Shown here one piece after another: positions 1 to 8,811 of a DNA stretch of 32,000 nt. The notes under the pieces were generated by a model. It worked only from the letters and a program-made list of their open reading frames with translations. It was not told the origin of the DNA and searched no databases. The stretch lies in NCBI GenBank assembly GCA_002952755.1, contig CP025011.1:420001-452000 (forward strand). The letters run 5' to 3'. Position 1 is the first letter of the stretch, and each line of letters begins with the position of its first letter. Made by a program: the position numbers and the translations under genes. Source of the stretch: Candidatus Saccharimonadota bacterium (GTDB lineage Bacteria; Patescibacteriota; Saccharimonadia; Saccharimonadales; UBA4665).

Positions 1-389
1 CATTAGTAAATGTGGGCCTGGGCTACATTGGCCTTGGTCAATCAGCCACAACCCTTTCCGGCGGCGAAGCACAGCGCATTAAGCTCGCCAGTGAACTTTC
101 ACGCCGTCCCACCGGCCGCACACTCTACATTTTGGATGAACCGACTACCGGACTGCACATGGCGGATGTCGATAAGTTGCTGCATGTCCTCCAGGCTCTG
201 GTTGATACCGGCAATAGCATGGTCGTCATCGAGCATAATCTGGATGTGATTAAGAGCGCCGACTATGTCATCGACATGGGTCCAGAAGGTGGCACGGGCG
301 GCGGGCAAGTGGTAGCGCTCGGCACCCCAGAGCAAGTGGCCAAGAACCCTAAATCCTACACAGGCCAGTACCTTAAGCGCATGCTTTAG
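1..389 (+). CDS. uvrA: UvrA (excinuclease ABC subunit A), C-terminal end; the 5' part lies outside the window
   Basis: Frame open from the window edge to TAG 387-389. Contains [12 protein letters not shown] (ABC signature), [12 protein letters not shown] (Walker B), [11 protein letters not shown] and terminal KSYTGQYL, which are typical of the second ATPase module of UvrA. Confidence 0.93.
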   Translation, partial: LVNVGLGYIGLGQSATTLSGGEAQRIKLASELSRRPTGRTLYILDEPTTGLHMADVDKLLHVLQALVDTGNSMVVIEHNLDVIKSADYVIDMGPEGGTGGGQVVALGTPEQVAKNPKSYTGQYLKRML

Positions 390-3300
390 TTCGTACGACG
401 ATATACGGCAGCTCGCCTGAGGGCGCGGCGCATATCGCGCTTGGTTTGGCGTGATATGACGTCGGTAATATTCGCCCGGCTACTTCTTTCTTGCATGCGT
501 GCCTGTATGTCTTTGTAAGACAGATTCTCGGCAGACATCATTCCCGACAATCGTACTTGAGCAGATCGCGGTGCGTCGGTATTTTGATCTTGGCGGGTAA
601 ATATGGTTCGGTCATCAATAGGGGTATTTGGGCTTCCAAACTGGACACGCCCTATGACTTCCAGAGCAGTTTCAAGCCATGGATTATCGCCCGTAAACCA
701 ATCCACAGCCTGCTGACGTCGTCGACGCCGTATATATTCCGCAGCAAGTGGAGAAATCTCGGCTCCTAGGCGTAAACTACCGGCAGAGCCTGCAAGTATG
801 CCAATGCCTTCGATAACTGTTTTTGTAATGTCTGGATGAGAGGTGGATGGTTTTTCGTACGGTGTAGGCGCGGGCGTCTTGACATCGCCTGAGGTTGGTG
901 TGGCGTCTATGATCTGAGCGTTCTTGCCGACAACAAACTGATGTGATTCGGATTGTGAGAGCACCTTGTCGCCGTCGTTATGGAAGCCATCGGCTAGATT
1001 AAGGAAATTATCATCGCCGCCTACGCCCTTTGTTGCGAGGACTTCGGTGAAGTTAGCCACATTACAGTCTGCGCTATCCATTTCTGCTGCATTTTCGCCT
1101 ATTGCGCCGAGGATTGGGCCTATTGCGAGGCTATCGTCAGCAGCAATTAACTTTTGAGGTTTAGCGTCTGCGTATGGGGTATAACTGTAGCTCCGGGTAT
1201 TGGCAATAGCCGCGGCAACCTGTGACGCAGTAGCGTTTGTGGGCACGCCAATCTCCTGACGTATCTTGGCAACATCTTGCGTAGGAAGCGTATTCAACGG
1301 CACGCTAGTCGACGCATATCTTTGCATCTCCATAGGGCGTTCTGCGTGAACGGGGAGGGCGTTGGTAGCATGGGGATCTAGCGTATACTGAATTGCCAGG
1401 TAACCTTGGTTGCTCGGAATTTGATTGCTCACTAACAAGTGGAAGGTGCCATCTGTACGCTGGTAGATCTTTGATGGCAGTGCCTTAATGACTTTATTAT
1501 TGGTAAGATCATTAAGGGTAATGTTGGCTGCCACAATGTCACCGCCTTGCAGCACAGGCAGGCTGAAATCCTGGAAAGAGGTCTGGGGCCCGTCTGGCAG
1601 GCCGTATAGTACGCTATTACTATTTTTAGACGCAAGTGCTTGGCGGCCGTTTACTATGATGAGCTGTCGGCCCTGAGCTTCGACCGCGTTTGGCAGATTA
1701 TTGAGTTCGCGTACTGCCTCTACCTGACTTTGTGCTTCGGGCGGCACACTTGTGCCCATAGGAACGATAGCATCCCTCGAAGTTTCAAAGGTGATCCCTA
1801 ATTGTTTAAAGGGGGGAATATCACCGCTTGCCGAATCGACGAAGATGCGATCTTGGACATTCTCTATCCAGTATCCATTAGTCGAAGCGCCATTGACTGG
1901 GGACAAACCCCAAATAGCGGGATTTTTGGGGTCCAAATGTACATCGCCCATAGTAGAGCTAGCGCCCCCATATAGATTGTAACGTTGCTCGAAGTCGGCT
2001 ATTTTTTCGCTCATCCATTTTTGATTGACGCCTTTCATAAGCCAGCTGTCGTTCTGAGGATCAACTATTCCCATGTGATACGCTTGAAGTAAGAGTGCGT
2101 TCTCTAGGTTATCATTAGCCCGCGCGACGCCCTCTGCAACGCCCCCGAGTTTGTCGTATAATTTTACGGAAAGCGAATGGCAGTGAGCTTGTTCGGCTGA
2201 TGTCAGTGGCTTATTAAGCCCCCAATGTTCTGACGGGTGACAGAGGACTTCGGCCGCACCGTATGTATCCCACACAGCGCCCCAGGTACCGCCGATACCG
2301 GCTCCAACTACAATTGCAGCAACCATTGCAGCTCCCTTTTTTCCTGCATTGCGCAAGAAGAGGCGATTGTAGCCAATGGTTTGATCTTCTTTATTAATTT
2401 TGCCGCGCTCGGGCAGCCAGGTGCGCGGAAATGTTCGCGGTGGTTCGTTGATTAGTCGGGCGTACAGGGTCTCAGGAATTTTTCCGCTGCCGCTTGCACC
2501 ACGCGCGTCGGTCTGCCGGAGTTGGGCCGTTGGTTCGTCCTTTTCGTTGCGCAAAAGGTGGTATAAGGCTAGCTCAAGTTGCCATGTTTCGTGAGATCCA
2601 AGCTTTTCGCCTTCTCGCTCAAGGAGATCCGGGATAAAATCCGTATCCAGATCACCGCCCACAATCGATTCAAACGACATAATACTAACCGATGCGTGCT
2701 TGACTCCCTGTTCGCTGATCGCGCGTCCACTACTTATGCTATGTACTCCCGATGACCCCACGGTAGCATCGCTATCTACGGCGACTTTTTGGTGTGCAAT
2801 CGTTGTCCCACCGTCTGTTACACGAACCTTAATACTAGGATTACCTCGGCGGTCACCATTAAAATGGCGATCTAAGCCACTTCTAATAATCTCAATCATG
2901 CCCGGCTTTAGTTCGTCCGGTTTACCGCGGCTAAGCCAATCTTTATATGCAGCAGCAAGGGGGTGCCCGCTATTAAGTTGCAGTAGCCACTCGGCAATGA
3001 TTTCCGTCTTGCTGGCCATGCCCTCGGCTTTAAGCCTTTCGGCTAATTGTCGGGCTTCTGCGGTTGTTAACTGTAGTAACGTTTCATCAGCCTTGGCGTC
3101 ACTGATGGGTATCCCTTTTTTAGCCTTTAAGAGGTCTTGAGTAGTTGTTTGCTTATCGGCGTATTCCCCTGAGATGTCTGTTTTGACCGCTGTAAGAAGT
3201 CTCGTTGAGGCAACGACTTCGCGTATGCCGTGTTCTTCAGCAAAGGCAACGACCTTATCGAATCTGCCTGGCAAATTGCGTACGGGACCATCCGCATATG

Positions 3301-3772
3301 CGGTATCGGCGCCTGCCCAACGGAGCGTTAGCTTTTTGCTTTTGCGCATACCGCCTCCGTTGCCACGGATGACATCGACCGGCTCGCCTAAGGTATCGCG
3401 CACTGCTTCCTGGGCTGCGTCGGCTCGATCGGCCCGGGACCCTTGGCGCAACCGTCCTAGCCCATACGCAACAGTGCTCACTACTGCGCCAGTGGCTACA
3501 ACCACAGATCCGCCTATAAGGAAAGTCTGCGCGCCAAAATCTTCGGCATGACTCAAGAGCTCTAAGCTTGCCGATGGTAAGCCGGCCATAGTAACTGCTC
3601 GAGTGCCAAGTGCGCTGGTGCCGCGCAACCGACGGGCAAATATGTCGAGGGGGTCTCCTTGCCGGATACTATCCAGCGCTTCTCCGATTTCGGGCCTTCC
3701 GATATGTTCAGCCAGCTCAGCTGGCACAGGTGGTAGATTTGTCTGCTCAATAATACCAGTATGCACGGGCAC
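386..3772 (-). CDS. Large (1128 aa) multi-pass membrane protein with a transglutaminase-like Cys-His-Asp core near the C-terminus
   Basis: Uninterrupted 3.4-kb ORF. GTG start at 3772 is preceded by AAGGAG (3782->3777). Three hydrophobic segments at roughly aa 85-106, 490-512 and 985-1005. [17 protein letters not shown] ... ESHQFVV ... IIDATP has the order and spacing of the transglutaminase-core Cys/His/Asp. Arg-rich C-terminal tail. The rest has no motif I recognise. Confidence 0.8.
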   Translation of the reverse strand: MPVHTGIIEQTNLPPVPAELAEHIGRPEIGEALDSIRQGDPLDIFARRLRGTSALGTRAVTMAGLPSASLELLSHAEDFGAQTFLIGGSVVVATGAVVSTVAYGLGRLRQGSRADRADAAQEAVRDTLGEPVDVIRGNGGGMRKSKKLTLRWAGADTAYADGPVRNLPGRFDKVVAFAEEHGIREVVASTRLLTAVKTDISGEYADKQTTTQDLLKAKKGIPISDAKADETLLQLTTAEARQLAERLKAEGMASKTEIIAEWLLQLNSGHPLAAAYKDWLSRGKPDELKPGMIEIIRSGLDRHFNGDRRGNPSIKVRVTDGGTTIAHQKVAVDSDATVGSSGVHSISSGRAISEQGVKHASVSIMSFESIVGGDLDTDFIPDLLEREGEKLGSHETWQLELALYHLLRNEKDEPTAQLRQTDARGASGSGKIPETLYARLINEPPRTFPRTWLPERGKINKEDQTIGYNRLFLRNAGKKGAAMVAAIVVGAGIGGTWGAVWDTYGAAEVLCHPSEHWGLNKPLTSAEQAHCHSLSVKLYDKLGGVAEGVARANDNLENALLLQAYHMGIVDPQNDSWLMKGVNQKWMSEKIADFEQRYNLYGGASSTMGDVHLDPKNPAIWGLSPVNGASTNGYWIENVQDRIFVDSASGDIPPFKQLGITFETSRDAIVPMGTSVPPEAQSQVEAVRELNNLPNAVEAQGRQLIIVNGRQALASKNSNSVLYGLPDGPQTSFQDFSLPVLQGGDIVAANITLNDLTNNKVIKALPSKIYQRTDGTFHLLVSNQIPSNQGYLAIQYTLDPHATNALPVHAERPMEMQRYASTSVPLNTLPTQDVAKIRQEIGVPTNATASQVAAAIANTRSYSYTPYADAKPQKLIAADDSLAIGPILGAIGENAAEMDSADCNVANFTEVLATKGVGGDDNFLNLADGFHNDGDKVLSQSESHQFVVGKNAQIIDATPTSGDVKTPAPTPYEKPSTSHPDITKTVIEGIGILAGSAGSLRLGAEISPLAAEYIRRRRRQQAVDWFTGDNPWLETALEVIGRVQFGSPNTPIDDRTIFTRQDQNTDAPRSAQVRLSGMMSAENLSYKDIQARMQERSSRANITDVISRQTKRDMRRALRRAAVYRRTN

Positions 3773-3799
3773 TCCACTCCTTTATCTCGCATACATTAA

Positions 3800-3808
3800 C
3801 ATATAGCA
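3800..3808 (-). promoter_or_regulatory. Extended -10 box TGCTATATG for the 1128-aa gene (leader with AAGGAG SD)
   Basis: Minus strand reads TGCTATATG. It lies about 28 nt upstream of GTG 3772, with AAGGAG in between. Confidence 0.45.
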
Positions 3809-3834
3809 CGAAAAAATGCAACACCTCGCTGCGC

Positions 3835-3863
3835 TTGCAATTGCTGATATGTCAATATATCAT
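3835..3863 (+). promoter_or_regulatory. Sigma70-like promoter TTGCAA-17 nt-TATCAT for the 121-aa gene
   Basis: TTGCAA 3835-3840, exact 17-nt spacer, TATCAT 3858-3863. ATG 3875 is 11 nt downstream with no SD, giving a very short leader. Confidence 0.5.
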
Positions 3864-3874
3864 GCTCATATTGT

Positions 3875-4240
3875 ATGAAGCCATACGAAGTGATGGGAGT
3901 AGAACTTAATACCTCCCAGGAAGCCTATACGGCGGGAATTGCTCTAGTCCGCACCGCGGATATGTTGGCCCACGGTCATCCTTGGAAGAACGTGTTAGCA
4001 GGGATGTCCCAGCAAGCCTTGAATAGAGTCGTAACATGTGGGCAAGCTGAAGGTTCACAGCTCGAAGAGCCCTTTCGCCTAGTTTTTCCTGATCGCATGG
4101 GTGCAGGGATGATCGCTATACAGGCAATTTATGCCGCCGCAAACGGCATATTGGGCGCTGATATACAACCTCACGCAGCAGCTATGGCTGAGGACTATCA
4201 AACACGATATCTAGAAACGATTTTCCGCGTTTTGGATTAG
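3875..4240 (+). CDS. Hypothetical protein (121 aa), divergent from the 1128-aa gene
   Basis: Clean ORF with its own promoter-like signal. No recognisable motif. Confidence 0.6.
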   Translation: MKPYEVMGVELNTSQEAYTAGIALVRTADMLAHGHPWKNVLAGMSQQALNRVVTCGQAEGSQLEEPFRLVFPDRMGAGMIAIQAIYAAANGILGADIQPHAAAMAEDYQTRYLETIFRVLD

Positions 4241-4258
4241 GCGAGTGGCATAGGGCGC

Positions 4259-4267
4259 TGGTATCAT
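4259..4267 (+). promoter_or_regulatory. Extended -10 box TGGTATCAT, 7 nt before ATG 4275 (leaderless type)
   Basis: TGn plus TATCAT at 4259-4267. The 7-nt spacer tgagatt has no SD. Confidence 0.5.
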
Positions 4268-4274
4268 TGAGATT

Positions 4275-4745
4275 ATGCAAGATCCAACACTATTCTTTCA
4301 TTACTGTCCCAAACAAGTCGTATTTTCGGCCGATAAAAAATCTGTATTGCTGGCTCAGCGTGCCGGTGAAGCCGATTACGACGGTATTTATTCGTTCATC
4401 GGTGGCAAGACCGAAACAACCGACGGCGGCTTGCTCCAAGGATTAAAACGAGAAAAAGATGAAGAGATTGGCAAGGATGCCAAGCTTAAGATTTGTTATA
4501 TGATGAGCTGCTACCAAACGTGGTATGTCAAAAAGAATGGCAATACTATGGTATTACCCCACCATGTTGCCATCTACCAAGGCGGCGATATTGTGATCAA
4601 TCCAGAGGAGTACTCCGATTACAAATGGGTGCCGATTAGCGAAATTGACACCTTTGAGCCGACTATTAAAACGACCGCGGAAGCAACTCATGCCGCTATA
4701 CGCCTGCTGAGTATCTTGGACGACGACGATTTCGTCGAAATTTAA
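4275..4745 (+). CDS. Nudix hydrolase
   Basis: Nudix-box-like GGKTETTDGGLLQGLKREKDEEIG (REx2EExG core). About 150 aa, typical of single-domain Nudix proteins. Confidence 0.8.
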   Translation: MQDPTLFFHYCPKQVVFSADKKSVLLAQRAGEADYDGIYSFIGGKTETTDGGLLQGLKREKDEEIGKDAKLKICYMMSCYQTWYVKKNGNTMVLPHHVAIYQGGDIVINPEEYSDYKWVPISEIDTFEPTIKTTAEATHAAIRLLSILDDDDFVEI

Positions 4746-5410
4746 TCTTTTTGCTCTGTCGTTTGTTTCTTGCGGCGCACTACGGCAAACAAGCGCCTCC
4801 GTGTTTCCTGGTCGCCGAAGACGTGCCACAGCGTAGGGCCAAAGGTAAGGCAGGTGACTAGGATGAACGTGGGTAGAATATAGTGGTCGATGTTCTTGAT
4901 GCGTCCGCCAAACCAGTAGCCGATGAGCGTGACGAGCGTAGCCCACACAATGTCGCCAATCGCGTCGAATAAAAAGAATTGCCAGCGCGACATCTTACCA
5001 ACGCCCGCCACCAGCGGCGCAAAGCTACGTACTACGGGGATAAAGTGGGCCAGCAACATCGTTTTGCCGCCATACTTTTCATAGAATTCTTCCGCCCGGG
5101 CTACATACTCGTGACGGAATAAAATACCATCCTTCTTGCGGAAAAGACGTGGCCCCATAGTTTTTCCTATAGTATAGCCAGTGTTATCGCCAAGAATAGC
5201 GGCAAAGGCGATCACGGCGATAGTCAGCGCCAACGACAGCTTGCCTTGCGCTGCGAAAATGCCAGCGCTTAGGAGTAGTGTGTCTCCAGGCAGAAAGAAG
5301 CCCACCATCAGGCCGGATTCGGCAAATATAATTGCTGCGATGGCAAAATAGCTGCCGTTTTGAATGAGATGTGCTGGATTCATACCCTCTAGCTTAGCGT
5401 GCTGACCCAT
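4742..5410 (-). CDS. DedA/VTT-domain family membrane protein
   Basis: Multi-TM protein of 222 aa. Motifs FFLPGDTLLLSAG and HFIPVVRSFAPLVAGVGKMSRWQFFLFDAIG are characteristic of DedA/SNARE-associated proteins. Confidence 0.85.
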   Translation of the reverse strand: MGQHAKLEGMNPAHLIQNGSYFAIAAIIFAESGLMVGFFLPGDTLLLSAGIFAAQGKLSLALTIAVIAFAAILGDNTGYTIGKTMGPRLFRKKDGILFRHEYVARAEEFYEKYGGKTMLLAHFIPVVRSFAPLVAGVGKMSRWQFFLFDAIGDIVWATLVTLIGYWFGGRIKNIDHYILPTFILVTCLTFGPTLWHVFGDQETRRRLFAVVRRKKQTTEQKD

Positions 5411-5414
5411 TTTT

Positions 5415-5423
5415 TGCTATACT
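5415..5423 (+). promoter_or_regulatory. Extended -10 box TGCTATACT for rplY (about 39-nt leader)
   Basis: TGCTATACT lies 5 nt from the divergent dedA start codon. The downstream leader contains GAGGGG before ATG 5469. Confidence 0.5.
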
Positions 5424-5468
5424 TTAAGGAGTGGGCAATTAGGTAAGTGAGGGGATATACACACCACC

Positions 5469-6170
5469 ATGGAAGATATTATATTAGACTTAGAGACTCG
5501 TACCGTACTTGGTAAAGCAGTTAAAAAAATGCGCAAAGATGGCCTCGTACCTGCTGTTATTCACGACCACGGCAAGCCGTCTATCCATGTGACGGGCAAC
5601 TTGCTGGACCTCAGTAAGGCATATCGCACGGCCGGGAAACACCGCACCGTCAAGCTCAAAACCGGCAGCAAACAATTCACCGCGCTTATTAAGGGTGTCG
5701 ACTTTGACCCTAAAAAGCACGGTATGCGCCATGTCGTATTTAATGCAGTGCACGCTAACGAAAAGGTAACTGCCGAGATTCCGGTGCGCATCACTTTTGA
5801 TGAAGGTAATGAATCGGCTCCCGCCGAGCGTGCCGGCTTGGTCGTTTTGCATCAGCTTGAAGCCGTTGAGGTAGAAGCTGTACCCAGCAAGCTTCCAGAC
5901 GAATTGCTCTTTAATGGCGAAGTGCTGGCTGTCGTTGGCGACCATGTGACCGTGGCCGACCTTATCGTTCCCGAAGGGGTTACCGTAAAAACTGACGATT
6001 CGCACCCGCTGGCCACTGTCTTTGAACCCAGCGCTCTCCAGGCCGCTAATGACGCCGCAGGTGGCGACGCCACTGAAGACGAAGCAGTTGCTGACGTCGA
6101 CGCCGGCGAGGCCGCCGAAGGACTTGCGGCTGAAAAAGCTGCTGAGAAGTCTGAGGAAAAGAAAGACTAA
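5469..6170 (+). CDS. rplY: 50S ribosomal protein L25, long Ctc form
   Basis: N-terminus RTVLGKAVKKMRKDGLVPAVIH matches the L25/Ctc 5S-rRNA-binding domain. Acidic and Ala-rich C-terminal tail. Followed by a strong terminator. Confidence 0.9.
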   Translation: MEDIILDLETRTVLGKAVKKMRKDGLVPAVIHDHGKPSIHVTGNLLDLSKAYRTAGKHRTVKLKTGSKQFTALIKGVDFDPKKHGMRHVVFNAVHANEKVTAEIPVRITFDEGNESAPAERAGLVVLHQLEAVEVEAVPSKLPDELLFNGEVLAVVGDHVTVADLIVPEGVTVKTDDSHPLATVFEPSALQAANDAAGGDATEDEAVADVDAGEAAEGLAAEKAAEKSEEKKD

Positions 6171-6193
6171 CAAATATTTTTTAATATCTTTTT

Positions 6194-6228
6194 CAAAGCC
6201 CCGCCTGCTGCGGGGCTTTGTTGTTTTT
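6194..6228 (+). terminator. Rho-independent terminator of rplY
   Basis: Perfect 11-bp stem caaagccccgc / gcggggctttg (6194-6204 and 6210-6220), loop ctgct, followed by ttgttttt. Confidence 0.85.
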
Positions 6229-6281
6229 GGCTATGGTAACTCCTCAATACCTCTTTCTAAGGCACCATCCCCTCGCCAAAC

Positions 6282-6392
6282 CTCCTCACTAATCCTGTAA
6301 CCGCGAACTGCAATCCTTGTAATGTTCCTTTTTTGCGGGACAAAAAGGAACATTGAAGAGGATGCATTCGCGGGTTAGGATTTACTGAGGAG
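6282..6392. repeat. 111-nt imperfect inverted repeat (long hairpin), function unknown
   Basis: Arms 6282-6333 and 6342-6392 pair at about 45 positions. These include 13 perfect apical bp aatgttccttttt/aaaaaggaacatt, 7 basal bp ctcctca/tgaggag and the central block ccgcgaa/ttcgcgg. The loop is tgcgggac. Confidence 0.75.
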
Positions 6393-6486
6393 ACTACTCG
6401 AAGCAGCAAGTGCTAGGATTGGGCCAAGAAGAAATAGAAAAGGAATTATTTCGCCTTTCCAGGGATGGTTCATATTCTATTTTGCC

Positions 6487-6495
6487 TGTTATAGT
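6487..6495 (+). promoter_or_regulatory. Extended -10 box TGTTATAGT, 7 nt before ATG 6503 (leaderless type)
   Basis: TGTTATAGT at 6487-6495. Supports Met32 of the track ORF as the real start. Confidence 0.5.
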
Positions 6496-6502
6496 GAATG
6501 AT

Positions 6503-7018
6503 ATGGAAAAATCAAAAAAGACTGCCAGCAAATGGTTTCACCCGAAGACACTACTGGATAAAACCTACGAAATTGGGTTGGTTATTAAGGGTGTTGACGG
6601 TACGGCTGAACTTATTGGAGCCTTATTACTTTGGCTCGTCCCCGCCTCGGCCATTCTATCTTTAACGAAAGCGTTGACTCGAAACGAATTGGCTAATGAT
6701 CCGCACGATTTTACGGCTACGCATATTGCCCATTTAGGCAACGAGCTGGCTAAAGGGCACAATCTATTCGCTATTCTGTTTTTAGCCACACACGGGTTAG
6801 TGAAGGTGGCTTTAGTGATTGCCCTACTTCAGCAGAAGCTGTGGGCCTACCCATGGGCGCTTGGTGTGCTTGGTTTGTTTCTCGTATACCAGGTGTACTT
6901 GCTGATTGTGAAGCCAACGTTTGGAATGGCTTTTTTGACGGTGCTGGATATTGTCATCATCGGCCTGGTGTGGCGCGAATGGCAAAAGGTGAAAGAAGAA
7001 GCACTCACCCAGGCGTAA
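6503..7018 (+). CDS. DUF2127-like membrane protein (start revised from 6410 to 6503)
   Basis: YEIGLVIKGVDGTAELIGALLLWLVP and four hydrophobic helices resemble DUF2127. The track N-terminus 6410-6502 covers the promoter box, so it is unlikely to be coding. Confidence 0.75.
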   Translation: MEKSKKTASKWFHPKTLLDKTYEIGLVIKGVDGTAELIGALLLWLVPASAILSLTKALTRNELANDPHDFTATHIAHLGNELAKGHNLFAILFLATHGLVKVALVIALLQQKLWAYPWALGVLGLFLVYQVYLLIVKPTFGMAFLTVLDIVIIGLVWREWQKVKEEALTQA

Positions 7019-7026
7019 GACTAGGC

Positions 7027-8811
7027 CTATTCCTCGATAAAACCCCCGGATTGGTGGCCCCATAATTTTGCGTAGGTGCCTTTCGTTTTCAGCAACTGTG
7101 CGTGTGTGCCTTGCTCGGTTACGGCGCCATCCTCAAGCACCAAAATGCGGTCCATTTTTTGAATCGTACTCAGACGGTGAGCGATGACGATGGTGGTACG
7201 GTTTTCCATAAGTTTCCAAAGGGCATCCTGGATAAAGACTTCGCTTTCGGAATCCAGGGCTGAAGTCGCCTCATCTAACACCAAAATCGGCGCATCTTTT
7301 AAGATGGCTCGGGCGATAGCAATACGTTGACGCTGTCCTCCGGATAACTTCACGCCGCGTTCGCCCACGATGGTGTCATAGCCTTCGGGTAATTGGGTAA
7401 TGAAATCATCAGCATGCGCCGCTTTGGCGGCCCGGACGATATCTTTTTGGGCAGCCCCAGGGTTACCATAAGCAATATTTTCACGAATGGAACGGTGAAA
7501 CAACAATGGTTCCTGCGGTACATAGGCGATCTGCGACCTGAGTGAACGCTGTGTCACATCGGCCACATTTTGCCCATCGATGGTAATGCTGCCGCTTTCT
7601 ATATCTTCAAACCGCAGCAGTAAGCGTGTAAACGTGCTTTTGCCGCCGCCGCTGGGGCCAACGAGGCCGATCTTTTCGCCAGGTTTGATGTGTACATTTA
7701 GATCGGAAAATACCTGCTGATGGGTATTGCTATCCTGGTAGTGGAAATGCACTTGGCTGAATGCGATATCGCCGCCCTTCACCTGTAGTGTGCTGGCGTT
7801 GGGCTTGTCTGTAATCTCGGCTTCTTCCAAGATAATTTCGGTAAGGGGGGAGGCCTGTAGTAGCGCATCTTCGATTTGTCGGAGCATGGTATTCACCTCA
7901 AACAAACGGTTGCTCAGGGTAATAGTGAACGAGAATGAGAAGATGCTTACGCCGAGTAGCGCCGGGTCGGAATGCACTAACTTGATGATAAGAAGTGCCA
8001 TGATGAACTGAAATACGAGCAATACTGTGATGCGGTTACTACCGGTGCGGGCCGCAGATGCCCAGTCGCTGAGGCGGAACTCGCGTAGTGTAGCGTTGAG
8101 TGTGTCACTGTGGGCGAGTTCTTCTGACTCGCGGGCAAAGGTTTTGACAGTCTGGACGTTAGTGATGGTGTCCGCCAGATGGGCGATCATCTTCTTGCTG
8201 GCAACCAGACGTCGGGCACGTAGCGGCTTACGCCGGCGACTGTCAAATACGCCGGAGCCCATGGTTACCAGTATCATACTGGCAGTTAATGCGCCTAGCT
8301 TCCACGACTCCGCCGAGATGAGAACCGTGCCGCTTATTAGGATAATCCCCAGCGGAATCAGGTTAGAAAAATAGGCGCTAGACAATTGCGAAAACGCAGT
8401 GGGGTAGTCGATGGCGTCGGACACTAGCTTACCGCCAACGTTGTTGTTGTGAAAACTCATGCCGCGCCTTAGCAAGGTATCGAGTGCGAGCGATTGTAGT
8501 TTGCTCATCGTGGTGGCCTGCCAGCGCAGCAAACACACAAACCCGAACCGATTAGCAGCAAGGCCTACGAGCGCCGAAATGGCGAAGTAAGTTAAGTATT
8601 TCCTAGGGTGACCGTGCGCTTGTGCTAGGGTGGCGAGCGTTTTACCGATAAAAAGCGGGGTGACGACATTCAGTAAAATAGCGCCTACAGGGAACAAAAA
8701 GCCGAGGACCAATAAGCGTTTATATAGCAAGCCGGTCCGCCAAAATATACGGATGGTGTCGCGGTTGTAGTTATCTGTTTTGGCGCTGGACATTGTCCTA
8801 TTGTACCTCAT
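7027..8811 (-). CDS. ABC exporter, fused permease plus ATPase (third gene of the operon); alternative start ATG 8793
   Basis: N-terminal 6-TM exporter domain. Walker A GPSGGGKST, LSGGQRQR, Walker B ILVLDEATSALD, H-loop IAHRLST. Confidence 0.93.
   Translation of the reverse strand: MRYNRTMSSAKTDNYNRDTIRIFWRTGLLYKRLLVLGFLFPVGAILLNVVTPLFIGKTLATLAQAHGHPRKYLTYFAISALVGLAANRFGFVCLLRWQATTMSKLQSLALDTLLRRGMSFHNNNVGGKLVSDAIDYPTAFSQLSSAYFSNLIPLGIILISGTVLISAESWKLGALTASMILVTMGSGVFDSRRRKPLRARRLVASKKMIAHLADTITNVQTVKTFARESEELAHSDTLNATLREFRLSDWASAARTGSNRITVLLVFQFIMALLIIKLVHSDPALLGVSIFSFSFTITLSNRLFEVNTMLRQIEDALLQASPLTEIILEEAEITDKPNASTLQVKGGDIAFSQVHFHYQDSNTHQQVFSDLNVHIKPGEKIGLVGPSGGGKSTFTRLLLRFEDIESGSITIDGQNVADVTQRSLRSQIAYVPQEPLLFHRSIRENIAYGNPGAAQKDIVRAAKAAHADDFITQLPEGYDTIVGERGVKLSGGQRQRIAIARAILKDAPILVLDEATSALDSESEVFIQDALWKLMENRTTIVIAHRLSTIQKMDRILVLEDGAVTEQGTHAQLLKTKGTYAKLWGHQSGGFIEE

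Noticed and set aside
5490-6173. 227-aa ORF fully antisense to rplY
   Set aside because: It mirrors the L25 gene almost end to end and has no promoter or SD. Its low-complexity Phe/Ser/Gly-rich translation is typical of a shadow ORF. The plus-strand product has unmistakable L25/Ctc motifs.
6022-6502. ORF 6022-6300 and the N-terminal 31 codons of ORF 6410-7018
   Set aside because: The first ORF runs through the rplY terminator and into the left arm of the long hairpin, stopping at 6300. The second contains the TGTTATAGT promoter box for the ATG at 6503, and the DUF2127-like sequence starts only after that Met.
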